DNA of 64,000 nt, from assembly GCA_963836235.1 (NCBI GenBank), contig CAWIIP010000002.1:128001-192000 (forward strand). The letters are read 5' to 3'. Positions within the stretch are counted from its first letter, which is position 1. Each line of letters opens with the position of its first letter. This DNA comes from an uncultured Pseudomonadota bacterium. Lineage in GTDB: Bacteria > Oederibacteriota > Muellerivitia > Muellerivitales > Muellerivitaceae. Positions 54,331 to 62,815 of this stretch are shown here, piece by piece. Under the pieces are notes generated by a model. The model did not search any database and was not told the DNA's origin. It was given only the letters and a program-made list of their open reading frames with translations. Made by a program: the position numbers and the translations under genes.

Positions 54331-55347
54331 TTAAGTACCGGATTTAAAAGCGCTTGGGTTTATGTTTACCAACGAAAGATGCCCACCGTCGGAACCTTCA
54401 TTTTTAGAAAAACCGGTGGGTTGAGGGGAAAAAATACACTCAGCGGCCTTGGTGAGAACAACGTCTCTATTAGCCCCTTCTTTTCCGGCTTTTACTAAAG
54501 CTTCATAAGTTGCTAAAGCATTTTGCCTGTGACGGTCAATTACGGAATTGTGTCTATGTGCTGAAAAATTCTTTACCGAAAGAATTAAAAAATAAGAAAT
54601 TGTAATAAAAATTAAAAATTTACTTACAGAAAGTTGAATGGAATCAAAAACCGTAACAGGGACAAAAAATGGAATTTTATGAATAAATAGTGTCGAAACG
54701 GCATAAACCAAAAGGCAAACAGTTAACCAAATAGTTGTTGTTAACCATTTAGATGCTTCTTCCGCGTGTTTATCAGCTTCGTTTTTAAAATATATGGCTT
54801 GTTGAGAAACACCTTGTTCCGCTGCAACTTTTCTAACAGCTTCTAAAACTTTATCTGCTTCCAATTTCCTTTTTTCAAGTTCTGTCTGAAGTTCTCCAGC
54901 CCTATCCGTAACATCCTGAATTAATGCACGCGCCTCACGTTCAAGACGACCAAAATCGGTTGATTTTCTAACAGAATACGAAATGAATGGATGTAATGTT
55001 TTGAATGAGTTCCCATAGCCAGCTTCTAAGGCCTGGACAGAACTATCTCTTGTTTGCGTGGTAAGTCCCGGGGCCGCCTTTAAAATAGTTTCAAGCAAAC
55101 GAAAATCATTGTTTGAAACATTTTTAATATTTGTCAAGATTTCATCCGGGAACGCGTCCAAAACCTCTAAAGGTATTTGTTTATATAAATCAATAATCCT
55201 CGTTGCTGGTTCAACCGCATTGGTAAAATTAATTGCTGTCCCGAACTCCTGAACCCTAGGTAATGAATTTACATCGAAATTTTGGAGTCTTACCAAAGAA
55301 CCTTTTACTTCCTCTATTAACTTATTAGTTGTTTCAGAAATCGGCAT
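54331..55347 (-). CDS. Hypothetical coiled-coil protein with two TM helices
   Basis: 338-aa AT-rich ORF, GGAG RBS, coiled coil followed by two TM segments and IFSPQPTGF. Confidence 0.8.
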   Translation of the reverse strand: MPISETTNKLIEEVKGSLVRLQNFDVNSLPRVQEFGTAINFTNAVEPATRIIDLYKQIPLEVLDAFPDEILTNIKNVSNNDFRLLETILKAAPGLTTQTRDSSVQALEAGYGNSFKTLHPFISYSVRKSTDFGRLEREARALIQDVTDRAGELQTELEKRKLEADKVLEAVRKVAAEQGVSQQAIYFKNEADKHAEEASKWLTTTIWLTVCLLVYAVSTLFIHKIPFFVPVTVFDSIQLSVSKFLIFITISYFLILSVKNFSAHRHNSVIDRHRQNALATYEALVKAGKEGANRDVVLTKAAECIFSPQPTGFSKNEGSDGGHLSLVNINPSAFKSGT

Positions 55348-55444
55348 TTTTATCTCCCGTTTATATTTTTATCAGAAGGTTTTCCCTTCCCCTACCATCC
55401 TAAATTAGTGCGCTTGGTGTCCTTGTGGTTCAAAAGAGGTGGCT

Positions 55445-56329
55445 CTATTTAAATATCTCATTCAGCACGTATGCCAACCTTATCCCAGCCTTCTCAAGCT
55501 GTTGGTCCACGATGGGGCGCATTTTATCAAAGTAATCACCCGGAAGGGGCTTATCGCTGTAATCCTGGGTCCCTGGGTCCATTCCTTTGTAGACCTTAGT
55601 CTTGGCGATCATGTAACTCTCGAAAACCCAATTTTTCTCACTCCCCTTGGTCCAGGTGGCCGCCTGGTCCCCGGGGATCGCCTTTTCAAGGGTGGAGGCC
55701 AGCTCCCGGGGATCCTCCTCGGTCTTAGACTCAATTAGATGGTCCCAAAGAGCGTGTAATTTGATTTTAGCCCCGTGGCCACGGTGGCCAGGGGCTTTGA
55801 ACCGGACCATCTTCTCGTTTCCCCCGCGGTCGCCGTCATCGGCACAATGAAGGGGTTGGTGTAAGTCGCCCATGAAGTGGACGACGAATTTTAGGGCCTC
55901 TAAGCGCTTGGATTTAGGTTGGGTTTCATCCCCCAAAACACCTTCAAATATCTGGAGCTGGTTGATGACGCAATCATTATTGGGGCAATAATCCTGCTCG
56001 TCTTTAAGGGTTAGGTCTTTCCGGATAGGGAGGTCGATGAAATGCCACGGGGCTGTCTCACGGCGCGATTCACGGATTTGGTCCGCCCAATTTGAAATAC
56101 TGGCCAGATCGTCCGGCTGCAATGAAGTCACAAGCTGAATTGCGGGCTTTGCCTGTGCCGATTCCATAGAAGAATCGGCCCCCTGGTCCAGGATGGAGGC
56201 TAATTTTGCCTTGGCGGCCGTGGCGAGGTTGTCCTGGGCGATATAGGCAATGGTTTCGTGGCCGACCGGACCCCATGCGGCCGCCGGCAATGTCCCAAAA
56301 AGATTTAAACAAAGTACGGCAAAAAGCAT
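55445..56329 (-). CDS. Secreted S1/P1 nuclease
   Basis: AAA|WGPVGH, WAD, WHFID, HFMGDLHQPLH, DRGGN, LHALWD, AGIRLA. Start uncertain. Confidence 0.92.
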   Translation of the reverse strand: MLFAVLCLNLFGTLPAAAWGPVGHETIAYIAQDNLATAAKAKLASILDQGADSSMESAQAKPAIQLVTSLQPDDLASISNWADQIRESRRETAPWHFIDLPIRKDLTLKDEQDYCPNNDCVINQLQIFEGVLGDETQPKSKRLEALKFVVHFMGDLHQPLHCADDGDRGGNEKMVRFKAPGHRGHGAKIKLHALWDHLIESKTEEDPRELASTLEKAIPGDQAATWTKGSEKNWVFESYMIAKTKVYKGMDPGTQDYSDKPLPGDYFDKMRPIVDQQLEKAGIRLAYVLNEIFK

Positions 56330-56614
56330 CCCGAAAGCCCTCAAGCTTTCGAAGGATTGTGCGAAATTCCTAAAGGTCAAAGGGGGTTTGTTTGACCTGA
56401 TAAATGGAATTTTGCAAAAAAGGAGGGGTATCAGGCCCAGCGAATTGATAATCTTCGCGGCCTTCGACGAGGCTTCAAGCCGAGGAGAAAGCTTTGGGGG
56501 TGCCAATACCGGGGGTATTGGTATACCGGAGAGGTGTGACTTCGTCGAAATTAGGGGCCATAGCGTGAAAAATATTTTCATTTTTTGTACTCAATTCCTA
56601 CTTCTTTTTAAAAA

Positions 56615-57223
56615 TCAATTATTAGGCGTTTGATGAGGTTTAATTCTGGTCCTGGCCCGGTCCGCTCTCGGAGGCTGATTGTGTTTGCGGGAGTTCAGCG
56701 CCCACCCGATTCCTGTCTTATAATACCGCCACAGCCAGTGCTGGATGAGACCGCCTCTCCTCCCTAGCTTTTTTGCCACATCATTAGTTTTCATCCCTTC
56801 CGCCAGGCAGGCAAGCGCCTGCAACTTTTCCCTCACCCACGGTCGTTCCTCTTTTGCCAAAAAGGACTTAATCTCCTGCAAGTTCATATTCCGCACAAGG
56901 CGAGGATGGAAAAATCCCTTGTCTGTCCAATTCTTTGATAGCGCATTGAGAGGGACCTTTCGTTCAAGGATCCTCGTTATTGAAGAAAAGGAACCGGCAA
57001 GAAATACCGAGAGTTTCAATAGCACGTGAACAGATTGGACTCCTTCTTGCTCCCATCGTCCCCATTCCTCAAGCGTGCATCCACAATTGTCGGCAGCTTG
57101 TTCTTGGGTAAGGTTCTTTTCCAAGCGGAGTTCCCTGATTACTTCCCCGGTTTTTCGCTGAACATCTTTCCGTGTGAGCTTTACCCTCGCGGTGAGCGAT
57201 TTTTGGGAGTCGAATCCTTTCAT
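56615..57223 (-). CDS. XRE HTH plus IS630-type HTH protein, paralog of 40996-41571
   Basis: GEVIRELRLEKNLTQEQAADNCGCTLEEW..KLQALACLAEGMKTNDVAKKLG. Confidence 0.82.
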   Translation of the reverse strand: MKGFDSQKSLTARVKLTRKDVQRKTGEVIRELRLEKNLTQEQAADNCGCTLEEWGRWEQEGVQSVHVLLKLSVFLAGSFSSITRILERKVPLNALSKNWTDKGFFHPRLVRNMNLQEIKSFLAKEERPWVREKLQALACLAEGMKTNDVAKKLGRRGGLIQHWLWRYYKTGIGWALNSRKHNQPPRADRARTRIKPHQTPNN

Positions 57224-57543
57224 TTTTCATACTCAATTCTCAACTCTTGAAAGTAATCTAAAATCCGCCGTTTGATGAGGTTGAGTTCAACGACCTTCAG
57301 TTCCCTGCCCAAAAGGCCGACGATTTCCAGCTTGGCGTCCCGGAAGACCATATTGAAAGCTAGTTCAAACCATTCGGTTTGTTCTGCGGGGGCAAGGTCT
57401 TGGTATGGTTTGTGGAGACGTTTGGGCCAAGGATAATCCATGAGCAGTTCCGGGCCCAAAAAGCCATTCATGAAATTCGCCACACGGAGGGCGGCGGGAT
57501 TTTTATTGCTGTGGGGGTTATAAGAACCAGGGGTTTCAGACAT
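57220..57543 (-). CDS. Hypothetical protein
   Basis: AGGAG RBS; overlaps the next start (ATGA). Confidence 0.7.
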   Translation of the reverse strand: MSETPGSYNPHSNKNPAALRVANFMNGFLGPELLMDYPWPKRLHKPYQDLAPAEQTEWFELAFNMVFRDAKLEIVGLLGRELKVVELNLIKRRILDYFQELRIEYEK

Positions 57544-57558
57544 GAATATCTCTCCTCA

Positions 57559-57894
57559 TTAAATCCGCCGTCCGAAAAAGGCCGTTAAGGATGCCCATGA
57601 AGCGACCAGGGCAAAGAGCCAAAACCAAAACGGATGAGGTAAGGTCGTAAAGACCGATACGGTCCCTGACGAAATGAACCGGCCCAAGACCGAGAAGATG
57701 TGGTAGGTGATAATCAGCCTATAGGCCGAAAAGACCAAAAGCACGGCCAAGGCGATCCCGAATAGTATCCTGACGAAATTCATTCCCGCCAATTTTGAGA
57801 AATGGAAAAACCTTTCGAGGTGTTCGTTGTTCATAAGGGCCGACCTTTCAGTCGGTGGTTCCTCCGAAACGATCCTGCTGTCTGTGTTTTCCAT
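57559..57894 (-). CDS. Hypothetical membrane protein
   Basis: Two hydrophobic segments; co-oriented in the cluster. Confidence 0.6.
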   Translation of the reverse strand: MENTDSRIVSEEPPTERSALMNNEHLERFFHFSKLAGMNFVRILFGIALAVLLVFSAYRLIITYHIFSVLGRFISSGTVSVFTTLPHPFWFWLFALVASWASLTAFFGRRI

Positions 57895-57908
57895 AATCCA
57901 ATCCTTCC

Positions 57909-58187
57909 TCAATAGTCGATCACTTCTTCCCACCGGCTCACTTTAGACGCGGGTTCCGCCTCGTGAAAGCCGAGGCCGTTGCACCTGGGGCAATCGGCCC
58001 CGCCGGGCAAGACACCTCTGCCCCCGCACGGCTTACAGCTTTCCAACCATATCGGCTGTTTCCCGCTTCCGTTGCAATCCCCACAAGGGAATTTTCCGGA
58101 ATAAAATATGCCTTCCAGCCAAAAACCCGGCTCCCCTGGCTCGTCGCCCGTCCCCCCGCATTTTTGGCAGTCGACTTCGCCTCTCAT
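57909..58187 (-). CDS. Small DnaJ-type CxxCxGxG zinc-finger protein
   Basis: CQKCGGTG, CGDCNGSG, CKPCGGRG, CPRCNGLG. Confidence 0.75.
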   Translation of the reverse strand: MRGEVDCQKCGGTGDEPGEPGFWLEGIFYSGKFPCGDCNGSGKQPIWLESCKPCGGRGVLPGGADCPRCNGLGFHEAEPASKVSRWEEVIDY

Positions 58188-58298
58188 GGTGCCGTCCTGG
58201 ATTGCATTTTAGGGCCATCCAAAAAAATCCTGAACAGAAAGTCGAATAATTTTAGACCGGGATACCGCCCCGCCGGCCAGGCCGGCGGGGCGAAAATC

Positions 58299-58667
58299 CT
58301 AATACTCGTTGGGGACCATCAGGACAGGTTTACCCTCCTGCATAGCGACGTAAAACTTCCAGGTTCCCTCCGGGAAATCCGTGAATTCGATCTCCTGCCG
58401 CACAATTTCTGGCCGGTCGTCGTCCTCCTTCATCGTAAGGATCGCCTTGGAGGCTTTGACTTCAAGCGTCCAAAACTGGATTTCCTCCTTCCGGGCATAA
58501 CTGAAAATGGCGTCGATCAGCCAATAGGCCCCGGCAATCTCCGCCACGGCCTGGACCCCTTCGGTGTAAATGCCTCCCGTAATGTGCTTGAAGTAGCTCA
58601 CGCTACCCGTGCTCATGGCAAAAACCTCCTCTATCCTCAACTTCTTTACGGCTTCTTCCCTGTCCAT
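58299..58667 (-). CDS. DUF6876-like protein
   Basis: TGS..YFKH..YTEGV..AGAYWLIDAI..IQFWTL..QEIEFTDFP..LMVPNEY. Confidence 0.75.
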   Translation of the reverse strand: MDREEAVKKLRIEEVFAMSTGSVSYFKHITGGIYTEGVQAVAEIAGAYWLIDAIFSYARKEEIQFWTLEVKASKAILTMKEDDDRPEIVRQEIEFTDFPEGTWKFYVAMQEGKPVLMVPNEY

Positions 58668-58681
58668 AGATGCTCCTTATC

Positions 58682-58743
58682 TTTATTTGGGAGGGGCCCC
58701 CTCCGGGGGGCGGCCCTCAAAGAATCTGGGCCGCAACACGGAG
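58682..58743. repeat. Structured leader module A, copy upstream of the DUF6876-like gene
   Basis: CTCCG..GCGGCCC-TCAAAGAATCT-GGGCCGC..CGGAG nested stem. Confidence 0.7.
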
Positions 58744-59043
58744 GCGAGAGAGGGTTGGTGGGTGGAGATTGAGCCGTGCGAAAGAAGCACCTAGCCAACC
58801 CCAGCAAACCGCTTCGGGCAAAGTGCCGAAGGGCGGACGCCGCGGCGGACGCATCTAGGCATTTAGCGGCCCTTGCCCCTGGGCCAGACGGTATTTGGCG
58901 GCCCAGGGGTGCGATCTATCAGGCCAGCGGCACGATGAGGTTTGCGAACCTTGAAGCCGTTCGATCTTGGGGGTCCGGGGGGATCTTCCGCCCGGGCTAG
59001 GAGAGGGGCGCGGGGAGAGGGGTTTTTCTTTCCCCGAAAATTC

Positions 59044-59124
59044 CGAGGCCCGGCATAGGGAAGGTTACACGGCCGCTTTGCGGCCGGCGAACCTTCTTCA
59101 AACCCGCCAGGGTGCCGGGCCGAG
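59044..59124. repeat. Structured module B, copy 1
   Basis: GCCCGGCA..GAAGGTTACACGGCCGC-TTT-GCGGCCGGCGAACCTTC..CCC-GCCA-GGG-TGCCGGGC. Confidence 0.8.
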
Positions 59125-59160
59125 CAAAACAAAAGGCCCCCCTAAGAGGGCCTCCGGTCT

Positions 59161-59550
59161 TCAAGCCGTAGGGTGTGAAGATTTTTCCAAGGGGTGTTTC
59201 TTGGAACACTTAGGGCAAAACTTCCCGTCTCTGCCCTCGACGGGCAAGGAATCCTTCAAGAGAATTTCCGTGTTGCAAACTTGGCACCAAGTGGCGTAGG
59301 TATCATCCGAAAGGATTTGAGGAACCAATTTTTTAATAAGGCCCTTCCCTACCGTGGCCCGGCCAAATTCATAAGCCCAACGGGTGGCGGTGTACTTATC
59401 CTTTCCCGGCCAAGTAAGGCGGCGGTATTCGTCTCCCTGGGCGGCGTCCCCTCCGTCGTCGTCCTCCACCTTGAAAACTTGTAAGCCGGGAATGTCTGAC
59501 ACCACATCGGACAAAACCCCACCTTCCATAAAAATGATAATTTTCGGCAT
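59161..59550 (-). CDS. Hypothetical protein with C-terminal Cys4 zinc ribbon
   Basis: AGGAGG RBS; IIIFMEGGVLSDV; CQVC..CPKC. Confidence 0.7.
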   Translation of the reverse strand: MPKIIIFMEGGVLSDVVSDIPGLQVFKVEDDDGGDAAQGDEYRRLTWPGKDKYTATRWAYEFGRATVGKGLIKKLVPQILSDDTYATWCQVCNTEILLKDSLPVEGRDGKFCPKCSKKHPLEKSSHPTA

Positions 59551-59560
59551 AACGTCCTCC

Positions 59561-59857
59561 TTAAAGTTCGTATTTTTCGGCAAAGTTTGAAAGTGATTCA
59601 GCGGAAGCGGCACAAACGTCCAGCGCGCGCGCGGCGGCCAAGCCGACAAGGGCGCTCCCGCCTTCCTCAAAATCCAGTTTTGAAAATATCGTTTCGGCCT
59701 GGTCGGTGAGGTAGTTGTTTAAAGCTCCCGCAACTTCCAAAAGGCCGTGATGGCTTACGAGAAACGCTAAAACGTCATAAGGCTCGTAAGTCTCAAGGCG
59801 GTATTTTTTAAACTCCTTTACGGTTTCTTTTTCCGGCCCTAACAATTTGATTTCCAT
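59561..59857 (-). CDS. Hypothetical protein
   Basis: AGGAGG RBS; co-oriented after radC. Confidence 0.7.
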   Translation of the reverse strand: MEIKLLGPEKETVKEFKKYRLETYEPYDVLAFLVSHHGLLEVAGALNNYLTDQAETIFSKLDFEEGGSALVGLAAARALDVCAASAESLSNFAEKYEL

Positions 59858-59897
59858 AAATCCTCCTAAAATTTTTCATCCCCAAAGGGGCGATTTC

Positions 59898-60386
59898 TTA
59901 AACCAAAAGCCCTGCGGTGCGGAAGGAAAAGTGGCCTTCGTGGGTGACTATCAAGTGATCATGAACGGTTATCCCCAGGGCACGGGCGGCGGTGATAATT
60001 TGGCGGGTCAATTGCTTGTCCCCTTCCGATGGTTCAAGGCTTCCGGCTGGGTGATTGTGGGAAAATATGATCCCCGTGGCGTTTAACTCCAAAGCTTTTT
60101 TTAGTACCTCTCTTGGATAAACGGCGGTATGGTCCACGGTTCCTTCGCTGTTCAAAACCGTTTCTAAAACGTGGTTGCGGTGGTCGAGGTACATGGTGAC
60201 AAAAGCCTCTTTGTCCCTGCCTCCGATGTATTTGGCAAAATAGGCCACTACATCATCTGGGCTTGTTACAACCGGGCCTCTCTCGTAATCGGTCCTTGCT
60301 TCGGACCATGAAACCGGGGGAACCGTGGGGGGAATTTTGAACATCACTTCCAAAGGCATTTCTAACTGCTTGATTCTCTTGCTCAT
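59898..60386 (-). CDS. radC: RadC-like JAB-domain protein
   Basis: E..LD..N, GTVD..VYPREV, HNHPAG..PS..D, DHLIV. Confidence 0.92.
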   Translation of the reverse strand: MSKRIKQLEMPLEVMFKIPPTVPPVSWSEARTDYERGPVVTSPDDVVAYFAKYIGGRDKEAFVTMYLDHRNHVLETVLNSEGTVDHTAVYPREVLKKALELNATGIIFSHNHPAGSLEPSEGDKQLTRQIITAARALGITVHDHLIVTHEGHFSFRTAGLLV

Positions 60387-60403
60387 TTTGAACGCTCCGC
60401 TTT

Positions 60404-60634
60404 TTTATTAGAGGAGAGAGCACCCTCCGGGTGCGCCCCCTCAAAAATCCTTGGGGGCGCATACGGAGCGAGTAAGGTGTTTGTGTTGGGGCAAATCAAT
60501 GTCGGCGGGTCCTGCGCCTTGGTGTTAGCAGACCGGGAAAATTCCCAAACAGGTTTTGGGCCGAAAGACGAGGAACGAGGCGTGGCCCGTTTGGGAATTT
60601 AGGCGCTGACCGATCCCGGCGGCGATAGCCGCCC
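60404..60634. repeat. Structured ~230-bp leader (extended module A), copy upstream of radC
   Basis: Aligns along its length to 63707-63938 with compensatory stem changes. Confidence 0.85.
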
Positions 60635-60899
60635 GTCGATTTGGTTTGCGTCCTCTATGTCTTTCGTTTCTGGGGTTGCCAGGGGTCACTGTCCCTTGGC
60701 TAGGGTGGGGATATAGGGGAGGGTCTTTTCCCTCCCCCTGGGGGGTCCGGGGGATGGCTCGAACGAGCCCGCCGCCCGGGCTAGGGTGGGCACCTGGCCC
60801 GTCGCTTTCAAAGCGAGGGCCTCGCAGTGGTGGTGCAAACAGCATTGAAGCTGTTTGCAAAAGGGTAGGGGTACTTCCCTTCCCTGCTTTAATGATTTT

Positions 60900-60987
60900 C
60901 GAGGCGCGGCAAAGGGAAGGTTACACGGCCAAAGGCCGGCGAACCTTCCTCAATCCCGATAGGGGCCGCACCGAGACAAAGAACACC
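60900..60987. repeat. Structured module B, copy 2 (includes the 37-bp direct repeat)
   Basis: GCGGC..GAAGGTTACACGGCC-AAA-GGCCGGCGAACCTTC..CCC-GATA-GGG-GCCGC. Confidence 0.8.
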
Positions 60988-61265
60988 TTAATCGGCTTTT
61001 CCCCATACACCTTCCCGACCCTTCTCAAGATAGACGCGTTTCACGTAAAGTGTAATATGTAGGCCTGGCCCCTTTTTCTATGGGGAAACGCCGCCCGGTC
61101 TACCGTGTGGAAATTGGAGTCGCGGGGAAAAGTTAATCCATAAAAACCGACGAACGAATTTGGATTTTAGTGAGGAGGTTTTTAACTTTGAGGGCCGGCG
61201 ATTAAAAAATTACACAGGCAAAAGGAGGAAATCTGTCCAGAGGGTCCAAAGCCCCTTTAATGGAA

Positions 61266-61862
61266 TTACTGTGAGGGTGGGAGAGGGAGAGTTGTGATAT
61301 TTAATTTTTTATTGACGTATTGAATCCATTTCTCAGCGGAATTTCTTTGGTCATCTGTCTGGGCCGTTTGAACAGCCGCATTAAAATATTTTAACGAATC
61401 TTGCCACCTATCCTCTTTAGTTAATTTTACTCCATACGAGAAGTAAGAATTAAAGTTTTCACCACCTTCCAAATTTGAAGAATTGGAAGCTTGGAGGTCG
61501 GCATTCATATTTTTCTGGTTAAGTTTATTCCAATCAGAGGTAATGGCGTCTACGATTAAAGGAATAAAACCTAATAGGAAACCTGGAACAACATCCAAAA
61601 CTATCCATCCACCATCAACACCATTACTCAACGAGCTTGTTTGGGTGGTATATCCAGGTTTCCTAAATTCAACATTATGAGTTTTGTTAGATTCTAGAGG
61701 AACAGAAACTGGGGTAGTTCCCCTTTGCAAACCATCAACATAAACTTCTGCACCAGGGGGATTGGAGGAAAATTCAACAGGTTCTGCACCACCTTTAAAG
61801 ACCGTTGCGCAACCGGTAGAAATAAGGCTGAACACTAACATTAAAGCCATTAACTTTTTCAT
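61266..61862 (-). CDS. PEGA-domain lipoprotein
   Basis: Lipobox STGC-ATVF, SNPPGAEVYVDG..GTTP..KPGY; AT-rich. Confidence 0.85.
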   Translation of the reverse strand: MKKLMALMLVFSLISTGCATVFKGGAEPVEFSSNPPGAEVYVDGLQRGTTPVSVPLESNKTHNVEFRKPGYTTQTSSLSNGVDGGWIVLDVVPGFLLGFIPLIVDAITSDWNKLNQKNMNADLQASNSSNLEGGENFNSYFSYGVKLTKEDRWQDSLKYFNAAVQTAQTDDQRNSAEKWIQYVNKKLNITTLPLPPSQ

Positions 61863-62008
61863 AACACTCCGAATGATCAAGCGTCCACTTATTTCATCGA
61901 GATATAAGGTTAATTGTCGTGACTACCCTTGGTCAACACAAAAATAGGCTAGGAGGGGAGGCACTTCCGTTGCACACCATCCTTTTTGCGACAGCCATGT
62001 GCAGGTAT

Positions 62009-62326
62009 TTAGGCACTCTTTTTCCCGCGGGCGAGTTCCCTTTCAAATAGAATCCGCACCCCGAAAGCGTGAAGAACCTTTTCTAAACTCGAAAGGGTTG
62101 GATTTCCCTTCTCGGAAAGCATCGTGTAAAGGGATTCCCTCGCAAGTTGTGTTTCCTTGGAAAGCTTTTTCATCCCGCCTAGGGCGTCGGCCACGTTCTT
62201 CAATGCCTTCAAAAAGTATTTAAAATCTCCGGTTTCCCAAGCGGCGTTTATGTATCGGACCCGTGTTTTAAGGTCTTGAAGTTCTTCAAACAAATAACTT
62301 TTATGGTCAATCAATCCAAATTTCAT
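62009..62326 (-). CDS. Addiction-module antitoxin (HTH, HI1420-like)
   Basis: YINAA..GD..FLKAL..GGM..L..LARESLYTMLSEKGNPTL. Confidence 0.9.
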   Translation of the reverse strand: MKFGLIDHKSYLFEELQDLKTRVRYINAAWETGDFKYFLKALKNVADALGGMKKLSKETQLARESLYTMLSEKGNPTLSSLEKVLHAFGVRILFERELARGKKSA

Positions 62327-62694
62327 TTCACGCTCCCTTTAAAAGCCGCCCATAGCTTGGTGGCTTTCTTTGTGTCATTATCCTGATTGTCTTTTTCTCC
62401 CCCACAAACCACGACGATGATGGCTCCCTTATGATAGCCGTAATAAACCCGGAAACCTCTTCCGTAATGAATCCTTAATTCCCAAAGGCCCCCGGTCTTT
62501 GGCAGGTCGTGATGATCGCCAAAATTCCCGTCCTCCATCCGGTCAACCGCCATCCGTATAAGGTCCTTGGCGGTTTCGTCCTTTAAGCGGCGGTGCCACT
62601 CCTTGTATAAAACCTTACCGTCTACCTCCAAATATTTAACTACAAAGGGGTGGTTTTCCATGCCTGAACCTAGTGTAATATTTATATTACTCAT
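62323..62694 (-). CDS. RelE/ParE-family addiction-module toxin (HI1419-like)
   Basis: GNFGD..GLWELRIHYGRGFRVYY..CGGEK..Q..D; overlaps the antitoxin start. Confidence 0.9.
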   Translation of the reverse strand: MSNINITLGSGMENHPFVVKYLEVDGKVLYKEWHRRLKDETAKDLIRMAVDRMEDGNFGDHHDLPKTGGLWELRIHYGRGFRVYYGYHKGAIIVVVCGGEKDNQDNDTKKATKLWAAFKGSVK

Positions 62695-62716
62695 TGTCAA
62701 ATCTTCCTTTCGAAAA

Positions 62717-62753
62717 CAATCCCGAAAGGGGCCGCACCGAGACAAAGAACACC
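62717..62753. repeat. 37-bp direct repeat (partial module B)
   Basis: 36/37 identical to 60951-60987. Confidence 0.9.
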
Positions 62754-62755
62754 CC

Positions 62756-62792
62756 AAAAAAAGCCCCCCGGTTTGAAACCGGGGGGCTTTTC
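62756..62792 (-). terminator. Rho-independent terminator after ardC, possibly bidirectional
   Basis: AAAAAAAGCCCCCCGGTTTGAAACCGGGGGGCTTTT hairpin with a T-tract on each strand. Confidence 0.85.
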
Positions 62793-62815
62793 TTCCTGAA
62801 AGGATGGAGCTGTTA

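Noticed and set aside
55503-55516. TGGTCCACGATGGG, resembling a P arm
   Set aside because: Half-site only, with no central TC or partner arm, inside the S1/P1 coding sequence.
58266-58292. Strong GC hairpin after the DUF6876-like gene as a terminator
   Set aside because: No U-tract follows on the minus strand, so it is left uncalled.
59044-60975. Module B as a known self-cleaving ribozyme or riboswitch
   Set aside because: I could not match hammerhead, twister or pistol cores by eye; an Rfam scan is still needed.
57963-61062. Plus-strand and spacer ORFs (57963-58772, 58863-59132, 60525-60860, 60646-61062)
   Set aside because: They overlap better-supported genes or GC-rich hairpin repeats and show no protein-like motifs.
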